Assembly (NCBI GenBank): GCA_947647555.1
Contig: CANSKT010000001.1
Location: 31,969-95,968 of the forward strand
Reading direction: 5' to 3'
Length of the DNA: 64,000 nucleotides
Source of the DNA: an uncultured Peptococcaceae bacterium
Lineage (GTDB): Bacteria > Bacillota > Dehalobacteriia > UBA4068 > UBA4997
Shown: one piece after another, positions 1 through 9,032 of the stretch
Position numbering within the stretch: the first letter of the stretch is position 1
Layout: the number at the start of each line of letters is the position of its first letter
The notes under the pieces: model-generated
What the model was told of the DNA's origin: nothing
Seen by the model: only the letters and a program-made list of their open reading frames with translations
The model's database searches: none
Program-made: the position numbers and the translations under genes

Positions 1-35
1 CCCCACGCAACGCTTTACGCTGGAGGGTACGTCAA

Positions 36-1388
36 ATGTCTGAACCGGCAAACAACGGCCAAAACGTACTGGCCAACGATTTTAACGCCCGGCAACTGTT
101 AGTTTTCGCCCTGCCGACTATGCTGATGATGGTTTTTCTGGGGCTATACACCATTACCGACACCATCTTTGTAGCGCATTTTGTCAACACTGACGCGCTG
201 GCCGCTATCAATATTGTAACTCCTCTAATCAGTCTGGTTGTGGGGCTGGGGACGATGCTGGCCGCCGGCGGCAACGCTATCATTTCACGCCAGCTGGGCG
301 CAGGCCAGCCACAGCAGGCGCGGCAAAGTTTCAGTATTATAATTTTGGTTGGCGCGCTGCTTGGTCTGCTGCTGGCGCTGTTCGGCTCACTGTTTTTGAA
401 CCAGCTGTTACAGCTGCTGGGCGCCAGCGCCGGCCTGAAACCCTATACGCAAGCATATTTGCGTATTCTGCTGCTTTTCTTCCCGGCCTATATGCTGCAA
501 ACTATCTTCGCCAATCTGTTCGTCACCGCCGGCCACCCGGTTTTAGGCTCCCTGCTGGCCGTTGGCTCCGGCATATTAAATATCGTTCTGGATTACATTT
601 TTATTGCCAAAATGCAGCTGGGCATTGCCGGCGCGGCTTGGGGAACCGGCTGCGGCTATCTACTGCCCACGCTGGTGGGACTGATTTTCTTCTCCCTCCG
701 CCGCCGGGAAACTCTGCATTTCTGTCGCAGTCCCTGGCGGCCGGCTATAATTACAGAAAGCTGCTTAAACGGCTCATCGGAGATGGTCAGCCAGCTGGCT
801 ACGGCCCTGAGCGTACTGCTGTTCAATTTAACCATGCAGCAGCTAGCCGGCGACGACGGCGTGGCCGCTATTACTATCATGAACTACGCCCAGTTTCTGT
901 TCAATACCCTATATATCGGCTTCAGCATGGGCGTTGCGCCGATTATCGGCTATAACCATGGCAGCCGCAATCAGGCGCGCCAACGGCGAATTTTGGGCTA
1001 TTGCCTGCGCTTTATCTGTGCGGCTTCGCTTGGCCTGTTCGCGCTCTCCCTGTTCGGCAACCGCCTGCTGATACAGGTTTTTGCCGGTAGTCAGGGCACG
1101 GTCTATGACTTAACCGCCGCCGGTTTCAAATTATTTGCCAGCAGTTTCCTGTTTTCCGGACTGAATATTTTCTGTTCCGCCATGTTCACCGCACTTTCCA
1201 ACGGCCGCACCTCCGCGCTGCTCTCTGCTCTGCGCACACTGGTTTTTCTGGCTCCGGCCATCATCATTTTGCCGCGCCTCTGGGGACTGCCCGGCGTTTG
1301 GCTGGCTATCCCCAGCGCGGAACTGCTGGCGCTGGCGTTCTCTCTCTTTTTCCTGCGCCGACAATATCAACAGCTGAAAATGCATTGA
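36..1388 (+). CDS. MATE family efflux transporter
   Basis: 450-aa highly hydrophobic multi-helix ORF. The N-terminal FALPTMLMMVF...TDTIFVAHF...ALAAINIVTPL pattern is typical of MATE (NorM/DinF-type) transporters. ATG start, TGA stop. Confidence 0.8.
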   Translation: MSEPANNGQNVLANDFNARQLLVFALPTMLMMVFLGLYTITDTIFVAHFVNTDALAAINIVTPLISLVVGLGTMLAAGGNAIISRQLGAGQPQQARQSFSIIILVGALLGLLLALFGSLFLNQLLQLLGASAGLKPYTQAYLRILLLFFPAYMLQTIFANLFVTAGHPVLGSLLAVGSGILNIVLDYIFIAKMQLGIAGAAWGTGCGYLLPTLVGLIFFSLRRRETLHFCRSPWRPAIITESCLNGSSEMVSQLATALSVLLFNLTMQQLAGDDGVAAITIMNYAQFLFNTLYIGFSMGVAPIIGYNHGSRNQARQRRILGYCLRFICAASLGLFALSLFGNRLLIQVFAGSQGTVYDLTAAGFKLFASSFLFSGLNIFCSAMFTALSNGRTSALLSALRTLVFLAPAIIILPRLWGLPGVWLAIPSAELLALAFSLFFLRRQYQQLKMH

Positions 1389-1574
1389 CATCATAATTAC
1401 ATTATAAGATGCACTATCCGCGGTTGCTTTACAATCAACCAGTCGCTACCCTAAAGGGCGCGGCTGGTCGAAATGCTTAACACTAAGCTTCCACTCGGCC
1501 TGCGGCCTCGGGACTAACTCCGTGTCGCTGTCTGCGTCCACTAAAGTGGCCTTACCAATCGCTAAGTGTTCATA

Positions 1575-1609
1575 CAAAAAAAAGACGTCCAATCTGGGCG
1601 TCTTTTTTA
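1575..1609. terminator. Bidirectional intrinsic terminator between the MATE gene and the LexA-like gene
   Basis: A-run, then a 9-bp stem (aagacgtcc / gggcgtctt, one G-U pair) with loop aatct, then a T-run. Reads as hairpin plus U-tract on both strands. Confidence 0.6.
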
Positions 1610-1636
1610 TATTACAGCGCAGATTTTGGCTGTAAC

Positions 1637-2251
1637 TCATTCAAAAATAATTTCATTTTTTACTACCTTGCCAATGATATGCACCGGCGTTTGCGTAGTA
1701 TCATAAATTTGCGGTAAATGCTCGGGGTTGGTGGACTGCGGCATCAGCGTAATGGTACTGCCCTGCCGGTAAAAACGCTTAACGGTAGCGTCGTTGCCGT
1801 CAATCATCACCACCGCAATCTCGCCGTTTTCCACAATATCCTGCTTGCGCACAATCAGCAAATTGCCCTCAAAAATATGAGCGGCGTCCATGCTGTCGCC
1901 TTTAACGCGCAGGGCAAAATATTCACCGGCGCCGTTAACCTCCACCCAGACAAAGCCCTCCACATGCTCCTCCGCATAAAGCGGCAGGCCGGCGGAAATC
2001 CGCCCCAAAATAGGTACGCGCTGATTGGGCTGATACTCCCGAAAATCAACGTCATTCCAGCCCAAAAGTTCCGTGGGCGTGGTGTGCATGGCCTCGGCCA
2101 GACGAGTAATTTTATCCATGGGGATATTGGCAATCACCCCATTTTCATAACGACTAAGCGTTTGCCGGGTTACGCCAACGCTTTTGGCCAGTTCTTCCAA
2201 CGTCAAACCAAGCTTCTTGCGCCTGGCTTTCAAATAACTGCCTGTCTTCAT
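1637..2251 (-). CDS. LexA-like repressor (XRE-type HTH + S24 peptidase autocleavage domain)
   Basis: 204 aa. N-terminal XRE HTH (LKARRKKLGLTLEELAKSVGVTRQTLSRYENG). Ala-Gly cleavage site in RISAGLP. Catalytic Ser in VKGDSM and Lys in ATVKRF. SD agaggtg lies 8 nt upstream of the ATG. Confidence 0.8.
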   Translation of the reverse strand: MKTGSYLKARRKKLGLTLEELAKSVGVTRQTLSRYENGVIANIPMDKITRLAEAMHTTPTELLGWNDVDFREYQPNQRVPILGRISAGLPLYAEEHVEGFVWVEVNGAGEYFALRVKGDSMDAAHIFEGNLLIVRKQDIVENGEIAVVMIDGNDATVKRFYRQGSTITLMPQSTNPEHLPQIYDTTQTPVHIIGKVVKNEIIFE

Positions 2252-2267
2252 AACAAATCACCTCTTG

Positions 2268-2302
2268 CCCGGTATTTTATCACATACCGGGCAATTTTGC
2301 AA
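2268..2302 (-). promoter_or_regulatory. Candidate promoter of the LexA-like gene overlapped by a perfect palindrome
   Basis: Minus-strand -35 TTGCAA (2302..2297), 17-nt spacer, -10 TAAAAT (2279..2274). The palindrome CCCGGTAT-N8-ATACCGGG (2268..2291) covers the -10 and spacer. Confidence 0.45.
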
Positions 2303-2330
2303 CACTTTTTTAACAGAAAATTTAACAAAA

Positions 2331-2370
2331 GTTACTTGACAAGTAACAAATTTAGTGTTATATTTGTTAC
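2331..2370 (+). promoter_or_regulatory. Candidate sigma-A promoter of the sigma-like gene interleaved with two perfect palindromes (operators)
   Basis: -35 TTGACA 2336..2341, 17-nt spacer, -10 TATATT 2359..2364. Palindrome 1 is GTTACTTG-A-CAAGTAAC (2331..2347) over the -35. Palindrome 2 is GTAACAAAT-N10-ATTTGTTAC (2343..2370) bracketing the -10. Confidence 0.55.
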
Positions 2371-2448
2371 ATAATCATTCGCTTGCAAGCTAAAAGTAAA
2401 CTATAATTAACATTTATCTTAAATCAAAACATTGAGGAGGTTAGCAAA

Positions 2449-2868
2449 ATGGACAAGCAAACGCTTATGCAATATCGGCAGCTGTGCCGGGAAATCAGGG
2501 AGTTGGAGGAGGAAAAGGAGGCTCTGGCCGCCGGCAATCTGCCGGGCAGCTGGCCCTTAGGCATAGGCGGCCACAGCCGGGGCAAAATCAAAGATAACGT
2601 GGGAAACTGCGCCGCCCAGCTTTGGCAGCTTAGTCAGCTTTTGGCGCAGCGTTTAAACCAGCTGATTGCCCTGCGGCGTGAAATAGAGGATTTTATTGCT
2701 GATTTGCAGCCGGAGGAGCGGCGCATTTTACGGCTTTATTATATTGAGGGGCTAACCTGGGAGCAAACGGCGGAGCGCCTGGAATACAGCGTCCGCCAGA
2801 TTAACCGCAAACAGCGCCAGATTATGCAGCAGCTTTTCCCAAATGACACAGAAAAACAGGCCTCTTAA
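2449..2868 (+). CDS. Small sigma-70 region-4-like HTH protein (DUF1492-like phage/ICE-type transcriptional activator)
   Basis: 139 aa. The C-terminal EERRILRLYYIEGLTWEQTAERLEYSVRQINRKQRQIMQQL resembles sigma-70 region 4. The N-terminal YRQLCREIRELEEEKEAL coiled segment plus the PGS loop matches my recollection of DUF1492 proteins. SD gaggagg lies upstream. Confidence 0.6.
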   Translation: MDKQTLMQYRQLCREIRELEEEKEALAAGNLPGSWPLGIGGHSRGKIKDNVGNCAAQLWQLSQLLAQRLNQLIALRREIEDFIADLQPEERRILRLYYIEGLTWEQTAERLEYSVRQINRKQRQIMQQLFPNDTEKQAS

Positions 2869-2903
2869 CAAGAAGCCCGTTTTTTATCATAGCGCAACAT
2901 TTA

Positions 2904-3962
2904 TTAAACTTCCAAATTCAGCGGCAGTTCCCGACGGAAATTAATCTCGGTATCACGCAAATACATGGTGCAAACGCCGCAGGCCAACTCCTGACCCTTT
3001 TCATCATAAACACTGCCGGTATATACGGCAAAATGCCCCTCCTGGCTCACCTTATCGGCCTGACCGTGCAGCTGGCCGCCCAAAGCCGCGCGCGGCTCAA
3101 AAAAGGTAATCGAGGTCTGCGCCGTAACGCAGAAATTACCGGTATGCAGAGAGGGTTTGCCAATCAGAGGGTCCAGCAGAATAGCCAACCAGGCATAATC
3201 CAGCAGACCATCAGCGTCTACATGCTGCGGCCAGATATCCATTTCCGCGCAGCCATGCCCGGGGCCATATTCCGTCATGCGCATGCCCTCGCTATAATAC
3301 ATATTTTCATTTTCATTCATATAGGCCAGCTTCATCGGCCAATCGGCTTGCTTAAAGCAGGGACGCAACCCCGGCACGTCATCATACAGGCCGGCTCTGG
3401 TTTCCGGATAAATCGGACGCGGACGCGCCGTGCGCCGCGCCGTCGGAAAAAACTCCGGCAAGCTGCCCGGAAAATCCACCTCGCCTGCCAGCGGCAGGAA
3501 ATCCACCCGGCCAGAAGCCACCAGAATATCCGCCGGCGTTTCCGCCTGCACCGCCGGCTGGCCAGCCGCATGGTCGCCGTTTACGGAATGGTCGCCCAGA
3601 CAATGCAGTTCCACGTCAACCGTCAGCCAGTTATCCGACGCGAATTTCTGCCTGGCAATAACGCGCAACAGCCCCTCCCGTACGCCATGATGATAATTCA
3701 TGTTCAGCTTGCAGGGGCGCATTTCCTGCCCCATACTCCGCGCCGCCTTGCCGGCCGCAATCAAAATCAACGCCGCCTGCCAGCTGCCATGCAGACGCAG
3801 CTGGGAATTCAAAAAATCCGGCTTCATCTGCATTTCCACACAGGCGTAACCCTCGGCATATTCCACCAACTGCATGCCATACAAACGGGCGAAATTGTCG
3901 TATTCATTCATATACTGCATTTTCTGCGGCCAATCCGCCCGGGCAAAACTTACTTTTTCCAT
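2904..3962 (-). CDS. Tandem hotdog-fold (PaaI/4HBT thioesterase-like) domain protein
   Basis: 352 aa with an internal duplication. ADWPQKMQYMNEYDNF...GMQLVEYAEGYACVEMQMKP is repeated as ADWPMKLAYMNENENM...GMRMTEYGPGHGCAEMDIWP. The pattern resembles PaaI-type thioesterases. Starts 19 nt after the pgi stop, so probably co-transcribed. Confidence 0.45.
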   Translation of the reverse strand: MEKVSFARADWPQKMQYMNEYDNFARLYGMQLVEYAEGYACVEMQMKPDFLNSQLRLHGSWQAALILIAAGKAARSMGQEMRPCKLNMNYHHGVREGLLRVIARQKFASDNWLTVDVELHCLGDHSVNGDHAAGQPAVQAETPADILVASGRVDFLPLAGEVDFPGSLPEFFPTARRTARPRPIYPETRAGLYDDVPGLRPCFKQADWPMKLAYMNENENMYYSEGMRMTEYGPGHGCAEMDIWPQHVDADGLLDYAWLAILLDPLIGKPSLHTGNFCVTAQTSITFFEPRAALGGQLHGQADKVSQEGHFAVYTGSVYDEKGQELACGVCTMYLRDTEINFRRELPLNLEV

Positions 3963-3981
3963 AACAACCTCATCAAAAGCT

Positions 3982-5547
3982 TTATTTTACCAGCTTAAAA
4001 GTCAAATTGCCCTCATCATTTGCGGCGCATTGCAAAGCGGAGTCCATATTAGCCCCCAAATGACGCAGCAAATGCCAAACCTGCACTGTATCAGCCTCAA
4101 GGCCGGCCGCCAGTTCCGCGGCGGTAAAGGCTGTTTCTTTATGCTCGGCCAAATATTGCAGCAAACGGTTTTTCAGCGCAATAATCTCGCCGGCCGCCTT
4201 TTTGCCAAACTCCACCGCCGGCTGATGATAAGCGTTAATGCCAACGAATGAAGCATAATAGCCCACCGCGCGCTCAAACAGCGCAATCAACATGCCAACC
4301 GTAAACGGAGTAACTGCCGGCACAGTGATAATCAGGCTGTTTTTGCCGTGGTCATGCAGCGCCCGGGAGGTTCCCAGCATGAAAGCCTGCAAATAATCGC
4401 CGGAGGTGCTGTCATCACGCACAATCGGCGCTTTTTCCGGCAGGGCGCGGTCACGCAGAACCTCAATAAAAGCTACAAATACATTCTCCGGCCCGGCCAC
4501 CAGCTGCTGCACATAAGAATGTTGGTCTGACGAACCCTTGTTGCCAAAAACCGCCAGCCCCTGCTGCACTTTCTGGCCGGCCAGGTCATACTCCTTGCCG
4601 ATTGACTCCATAATCAGCTGCTGCAAATACTTGGCGAACAGCTGCAAGCGGTCTTTATAAGGCAGAACCGCCATGGAAGTTCCCCCCTGACCGCCGGAAA
4701 GCAGATACCAGCACAACGCCAGCAGCAGCGAGGGGTTTTGCTCCGGTTGTTGCCGCCCCAGCAAATCACAGGCCGCCGCGCCGTTTAACAGCGCCGGGCA
4801 GTCGATACCCTGCAAGGCCAGCGGCAAAAGACCAACCGCGGAAAGCACCGAGGTGCGGCCGCCCACCCAGTCCCACATCGGGAAGCTGGCCAGCCATTTA
4901 TCCGCGTCCGGCGCCGTATCAAACGCGCTGCCCTTTTGGGTAATGCGCACCGCATTAGCATGGAAATTCAACCCATGCTCCGCAAAACAGGCTTTAACCT
5001 CCACCAGACCGTTCTGCGTTTCCACCGTGCCGCCGCTTTTGCTGATAACAATAACCATGGTCTGCGCCAACTGCGGCTCCAGCTGCTGCAAAACCATATC
5101 CATACCATCCGGGTCGGTGTTATCAATAAAATACAGGCGCATTTTATCTTCTGCCGAGCGTAGCGCCTCTGAAACGAAAACCGGCCCCAGACTGCTGCCG
5201 CCAATGCCCACCACCAGCGCATTCTTAAACGGCTGACCGTTGCAGGCCAAAATCTCGCCCTTATGCACGCGCGCCACAAATTGGGTGATAGCCGCCTGCA
5301 CTTCTTCAATTTCCTGCCGGATTTCCGGCGTGGGCGCAAGCTGCGGCGCACGCAGCCAGTAATGCCCCACCATGCGCTGCTCGTCCGGATTGGCAATCGC
5401 GCCGCCCTCCAACGCCTGCATATCCGCCTGCGCCTTTTGCAGCATATCCGCCTGCGCCGGCAGTTGTGCCGCCAGGCTCTGCTGCAAACCGTTAAAATCC
5501 AAACTTAAACCGGAAGCCTCATCAAAAAATATATTATCCTTAAACAT
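3982..5547 (-). CDS. pgi: Glucose-6-phosphate isomerase
   Basis: 521 aa with PGI signatures VVGIGGSSLGP and ISKSGGTVET. Confidence 0.9.
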   Translation of the reverse strand: MFKDNIFFDEASGLSLDFNGLQQSLAAQLPAQADMLQKAQADMQALEGGAIANPDEQRMVGHYWLRAPQLAPTPEIRQEIEEVQAAITQFVARVHKGEILACNGQPFKNALVVGIGGSSLGPVFVSEALRSAEDKMRLYFIDNTDPDGMDMVLQQLEPQLAQTMVIVISKSGGTVETQNGLVEVKACFAEHGLNFHANAVRITQKGSAFDTAPDADKWLASFPMWDWVGGRTSVLSAVGLLPLALQGIDCPALLNGAAACDLLGRQQPEQNPSLLLALCWYLLSGGQGGTSMAVLPYKDRLQLFAKYLQQLIMESIGKEYDLAGQKVQQGLAVFGNKGSSDQHSYVQQLVAGPENVFVAFIEVLRDRALPEKAPIVRDDSTSGDYLQAFMLGTSRALHDHGKNSLIITVPAVTPFTVGMLIALFERAVGYYASFVGINAYHQPAVEFGKKAAGEIIALKNRLLQYLAEHKETAFTAAELAAGLEADTVQVWHLLRHLGANMDSALQCAANDEGNLTFKLVK

Positions 5548-5586
5548 CAGGCAAAACCCTCCCCTATCTATATTAAAAGACTGCTA

Positions 5587-8500
5587 TTAACGATTGGTGG
5601 CCTTGACCAGCGACGCCAACTCCGCCGCCAGCGTTATTTTGAACTGCTGCCAATCGGCTTGCCAGCGCCAGTTTCCCAGCGCCTGACCGGGAATATTCAA
5701 GCGCGCTTCATCACCCAGACCAAAAATATCCTGCAAAGGCATAATCACCAGCGGCGCCGAGCTTTGATACAGCAAACGCATAATCTCTCTGGCGCGCGCC
5801 TCCGGCTCCTCCTCGCCGCTGGTATGCAGCCAGCCGCAAAGCGTCTGATTATCATGCGTGCCGCTATACAACACCCGATTAGCCAAATCCGCCGCCGGCT
5901 CCTCCGGCTGTTGGGGAACTCTATCCGGCGAGAACTGATAAACCAGCATGCCCGGATAACCGCAGATTTGCAGCAGATTATAAACCTCCTGATCCAGCAG
6001 ACCCAAATCCTCGGCGATAATTGGCAGTTTGCCCAGCCCCAGATTTTGCTCCAGCGCCGCAAAAAATTCATGACCGGGGCCTTTCAGCCAACTACCCTCT
6101 TTGGGCGTGGCTTCGGCCGGAATGGCGAAAAAGGCCGAAAAACTGCGGAAATGGTCAAGCCGAATATAATCATAGGCCTGCAAAGCCAGCGCCATGCGCC
6201 GCCGCCACCACTGATAGCCGTCCGCCTGCATCTGCGGCCAGTTATACAGCGAATGACCCCAATTCTGGCCGTCCACCGAGAAATAATCCGGTGGCACACC
6301 AGCCCCGGCCAGCGGCCAGCCGTCTGCACGCAGCAAAAACAACTCCCGGTGCGCCCAAACATCTGCACTGCTGGGACCGGTATAAATCGGCACGTCGCCA
6401 ATCAGCCGCACGCCATGCCCATTGGCATATTCACGCAGCTGCTGCCAGGCGCGCCAGAACATAAACTGACGGCCGCGGCAACGCTCCATTGCATCGGCGT
6501 ATGTCTGCTTTAACTCTGCCAAATTCTCGCGGTCACGTTCCGGCTGCGGCCAATCCTGCCAATCCAAGCCGGCTCCCTGCGGCGATTCGCTAATCGCTGC
6601 AAACAAGGCATAATCCTCCAGCCAATCCGCTTGTTCCTGACAAAAGGCCTGATAAGCAGCCATATCCTGTGGCGGTACTCGTCCCCCAGCCAGCTCCCAA
6701 ACCTCCGCCGCCAGCTGTTCCTGTCCGGCAAAAACCGAATACGGCGTGTAAGGCGAGCCGCTTTCTCCCACCGGATTAAGCGGCAAAAGCTGCCAAACCT
6801 TTTGACCGGCCATCACCAGATAATCCACAAACCGTCTGGCCGCCGCCGGCCAACCGCCCTCGGTCAGCGGCAAAGCGCTAATCGGACAAAGTACGCCGGC
6901 CGCGCGCTCCGGCCGCCACTGCGCCGGTGCCTGACGACGGAACAGCCAGACCTGAGCGGAAAGCGGCGGTAAACTTTGCAGTAAACTCTGCTGACCGGCC
7001 AAATCGACAACCTGACGGCCGGAAAGCAGTTCCATGCCCCAGGCGCACTCACCCTGCATCGGCAGAGGCAGCTGCACGCTAACCGTTTCCTCCGGGTTGC
7101 GGTTGCAAACCACCAGCATCTCCCCAAAATCCGCCGCGTCCGCCTTAATCTGCCCCGATTTTATGGCCTGCGGCGACCAGAAACGGCGGCAGGCGTAAAC
7201 ATCATCGGCCAGAGCCAGCGGCCAGAATTCGCCCTCCTGCAAAAGCCGATACTCCTGCCGCAGGTTGGCCAGCCGCCGATACCAGTAAAACAAATCTTCG
7301 TCTTCCCGGCCCCAGGGATATGTACCGCGGTTAAACGGGTCTGGCAGACCCTCGCAGCCGGCTTCATCACCATAATACACACAGGGCACGCCCAGCATGG
7401 TGAATTGCAGCAAAGAAAGCAGCTTTAAGCGCTGCTTGCCCAGCTGACGCTGTTCCGGGGTCAGTTCATATTCCTCGGCGGCCAGCCGGCCAGCCGGCGT
7501 GTTGCGATCCAGCTGCGGCAAATCAGCGCCCAAAACTGTCAGCACACGCGCCGTGTCATGAGTGCCGATTAAATTCAAATTGTTAACCAGCGCGTCCGGC
7601 GGATAATTTTCCAGCTGACTGATAAAGCGCGCCGCCATATCCTCCGCATCTAATTTGCCCAGTACAAAGGCCTGCGCCGCATCACGAAAAGGATAGTTCA
7701 TCACGCCGTCCAATTCCTCGCCAAAGAGGTAACGGCGTTTTTCGCCATAACTCTGCTTATTGCTGGCGTCCTCCCAGACCTCGCCCAGCACCAGCGCGTC
7801 CGGCTTCTCCGCCTTGGCCGCCGCCGCCAGCCCAGCAATAAAACTGTCCGGCAGTTCATCGGCCACGTCCAACCGCCAGCCGCTGGCGCCCAGCCGCAGC
7901 CAGCGCCGCACCACACTGTTTTTGGCCGCATAAATAAACTGCTGATAGGACGGGTTGCCCTCCTGCACCTCCGGCAAATCGGTCACACCCCACCAGCCAG
8001 TATACTTTTCGGGGAATTCCTGAAATTTATACCAGTCAAAATAGGGTGAACTTTCACTTTGAAAAGCGCCCACATCAGCATAATTGCCAAACTTGTTAAA
8101 ATAACGGCTGTCCGCGCCGGTATGGCTGAAAACGCCGTCCAAAATTATCCGAATACCCAGCTGACCGGCCTCCGCACACAGGCGCTTGAAATCTTCCTCA
8201 TCACCGAAAGAGGGGTCAATGCGCAGATAATCCGCCGTATCATATTTATGATTGGAAGAAGCCTGAAAAATCGGGTTCAGGTAAAGCGATGTTACGCCCA
8301 GACTTTTCAGATAAAGCAGCTTACTACGGATACCCTCCAGATTGCCGCCAAAAAAGCCCCAGCGCGTAACCTCGCCCTTGCTGTTATAGGTATAAAACGG
8401 CTTATCATACCAATTATGCTGCAAAAACCGCGCCGGCCCCTGCCAGCCGTCCGGCTGTTTGGCACGCAGCTGACAGTCCTGCCAGTTTTCGCCGCGGCAA

Positions 8501-8964
8501 AACCGGTCCGGAAAAATCTGATAGCAAATGCTGTTGCTGAACCAGCTGGGGCGGTTTTCCGCCGCCAGCGGCTGCCAGACCGTTATCTGATAGGAGGGCG
8601 GCTGTTCCCGTCCCAGGCTGCCCTCGCCGCCCAGCTGCTCCGCATTGTTGCCATAAAAAAGCAGACTGCCGTCGCTCAGGCGCAGCAAAAAATAATACCA
8701 AATCAGGCCAGCCGTTTCTGTCTGTTCCATCTTGGCCGCAAAACGCCGCCCACCATTGGGAAGCTGCAAAGGCTGCATTGGCACCAGCGTTTCACCAAAG
8801 CCGTCGCGCCAAATGCGCACGGCGGCCTCCGTTATCCACTCGCCATGCCAGGCGTCCGTATCCTCACCCCAAACGTCCAACGCCAGGCGCACCGTGCCGC
8901 CCACCGGCACCGCCCCAAAAGGCTGGCGATACATTGTTAAATGAGAATTATGCAAAACTTCCAT
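5587..8964 (-). CDS. Bifunctional GH13 alpha-amylase-family enzyme (neopullulanase/cyclomaltodextrinase-like) fused to GH77 4-alpha-glucanotransferase (MalQ-like)
   Basis: 1125 aa. The N-terminal ~640 aa carry GH13 regions LDGVFSHTG, GWRLDVADE, LGEVWED and IGTHDTARV. The C-terminal ~480 aa carry GH77 motifs GVLCPISALP, SPYTPYSVFAG, IRLDHFRSF, IIAEDLG and YSGTHDNQT. Confidence 0.85.
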   Translation of the reverse strand: MEVLHNSHLTMYRQPFGAVPVGGTVRLALDVWGEDTDAWHGEWITEAAVRIWRDGFGETLVPMQPLQLPNGGRRFAAKMEQTETAGLIWYYFLLRLSDGSLLFYGNNAEQLGGEGSLGREQPPSYQITVWQPLAAENRPSWFSNSICYQIFPDRFCRGENWQDCQLRAKQPDGWQGPARFLQHNWYDKPFYTYNSKGEVTRWGFFGGNLEGIRSKLLYLKSLGVTSLYLNPIFQASSNHKYDTADYLRIDPSFGDEEDFKRLCAEAGQLGIRIILDGVFSHTGADSRYFNKFGNYADVGAFQSESSPYFDWYKFQEFPEKYTGWWGVTDLPEVQEGNPSYQQFIYAAKNSVVRRWLRLGASGWRLDVADELPDSFIAGLAAAAKAEKPDALVLGEVWEDASNKQSYGEKRRYLFGEELDGVMNYPFRDAAQAFVLGKLDAEDMAARFISQLENYPPDALVNNLNLIGTHDTARVLTVLGADLPQLDRNTPAGRLAAEEYELTPEQRQLGKQRLKLLSLLQFTMLGVPCVYYGDEAGCEGLPDPFNRGTYPWGREDEDLFYWYRRLANLRQEYRLLQEGEFWPLALADDVYACRRFWSPQAIKSGQIKADAADFGEMLVVCNRNPEETVSVQLPLPMQGECAWGMELLSGRQVVDLAGQQSLLQSLPPLSAQVWLFRRQAPAQWRPERAAGVLCPISALPLTEGGWPAAARRFVDYLVMAGQKVWQLLPLNPVGESGSPYTPYSVFAGQEQLAAEVWELAGGRVPPQDMAAYQAFCQEQADWLEDYALFAAISESPQGAGLDWQDWPQPERDRENLAELKQTYADAMERCRGRQFMFWRAWQQLREYANGHGVRLIGDVPIYTGPSSADVWAHRELFLLRADGWPLAGAGVPPDYFSVDGQNWGHSLYNWPQMQADGYQWWRRRMALALQAYDYIRLDHFRSFSAFFAIPAEATPKEGSWLKGPGHEFFAALEQNLGLGKLPIIAEDLGLLDQEVYNLLQICGYPGMLVYQFSPDRVPQQPEEPAADLANRVLYSGTHDNQTLCGWLHTSGEEEPEARAREIMRLLYQSSAPLVIMPLQDIFGLGDEARLNIPGQALGNWRWQADWQQFKITLAAELASLVKATNR

Positions 8965-9032
8965 CTATCAAACTTCCTTTTTGTGATATTTTTTACAAGC
9001 CGTACTTCTTGTTTCTTCTATATATAATGGCG

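Noticed and set aside
1389-1574. A ~185-nt gap between the MATE stop and the bidirectional terminator, containing several hairpins (for example ccagtcgc...gcggctgg and ccac-taaa-gtgg). It could be a small RNA or riboswitch-like element.
   Set aside because: I could not match it to any RNA family I know (SRP, 6S, tmRNA, RNase P or common riboswitch cores). No promoter is evident. It may simply be a structured 3' UTR. A covariance-model scan (Rfam) would be needed to decide.
1637-3962. Possible prophage or ICE remnant, suggested by the LexA/CI-like repressor and DUF1492-like activator, and by topB at 43759..45699.
   Set aside because: No integrase, recombinase, terminase, capsid/tail, relaxase or att-like repeats were found in the window. 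The flanking genes are core metabolism. I therefore report it as an orphan switch rather than a mobile element.
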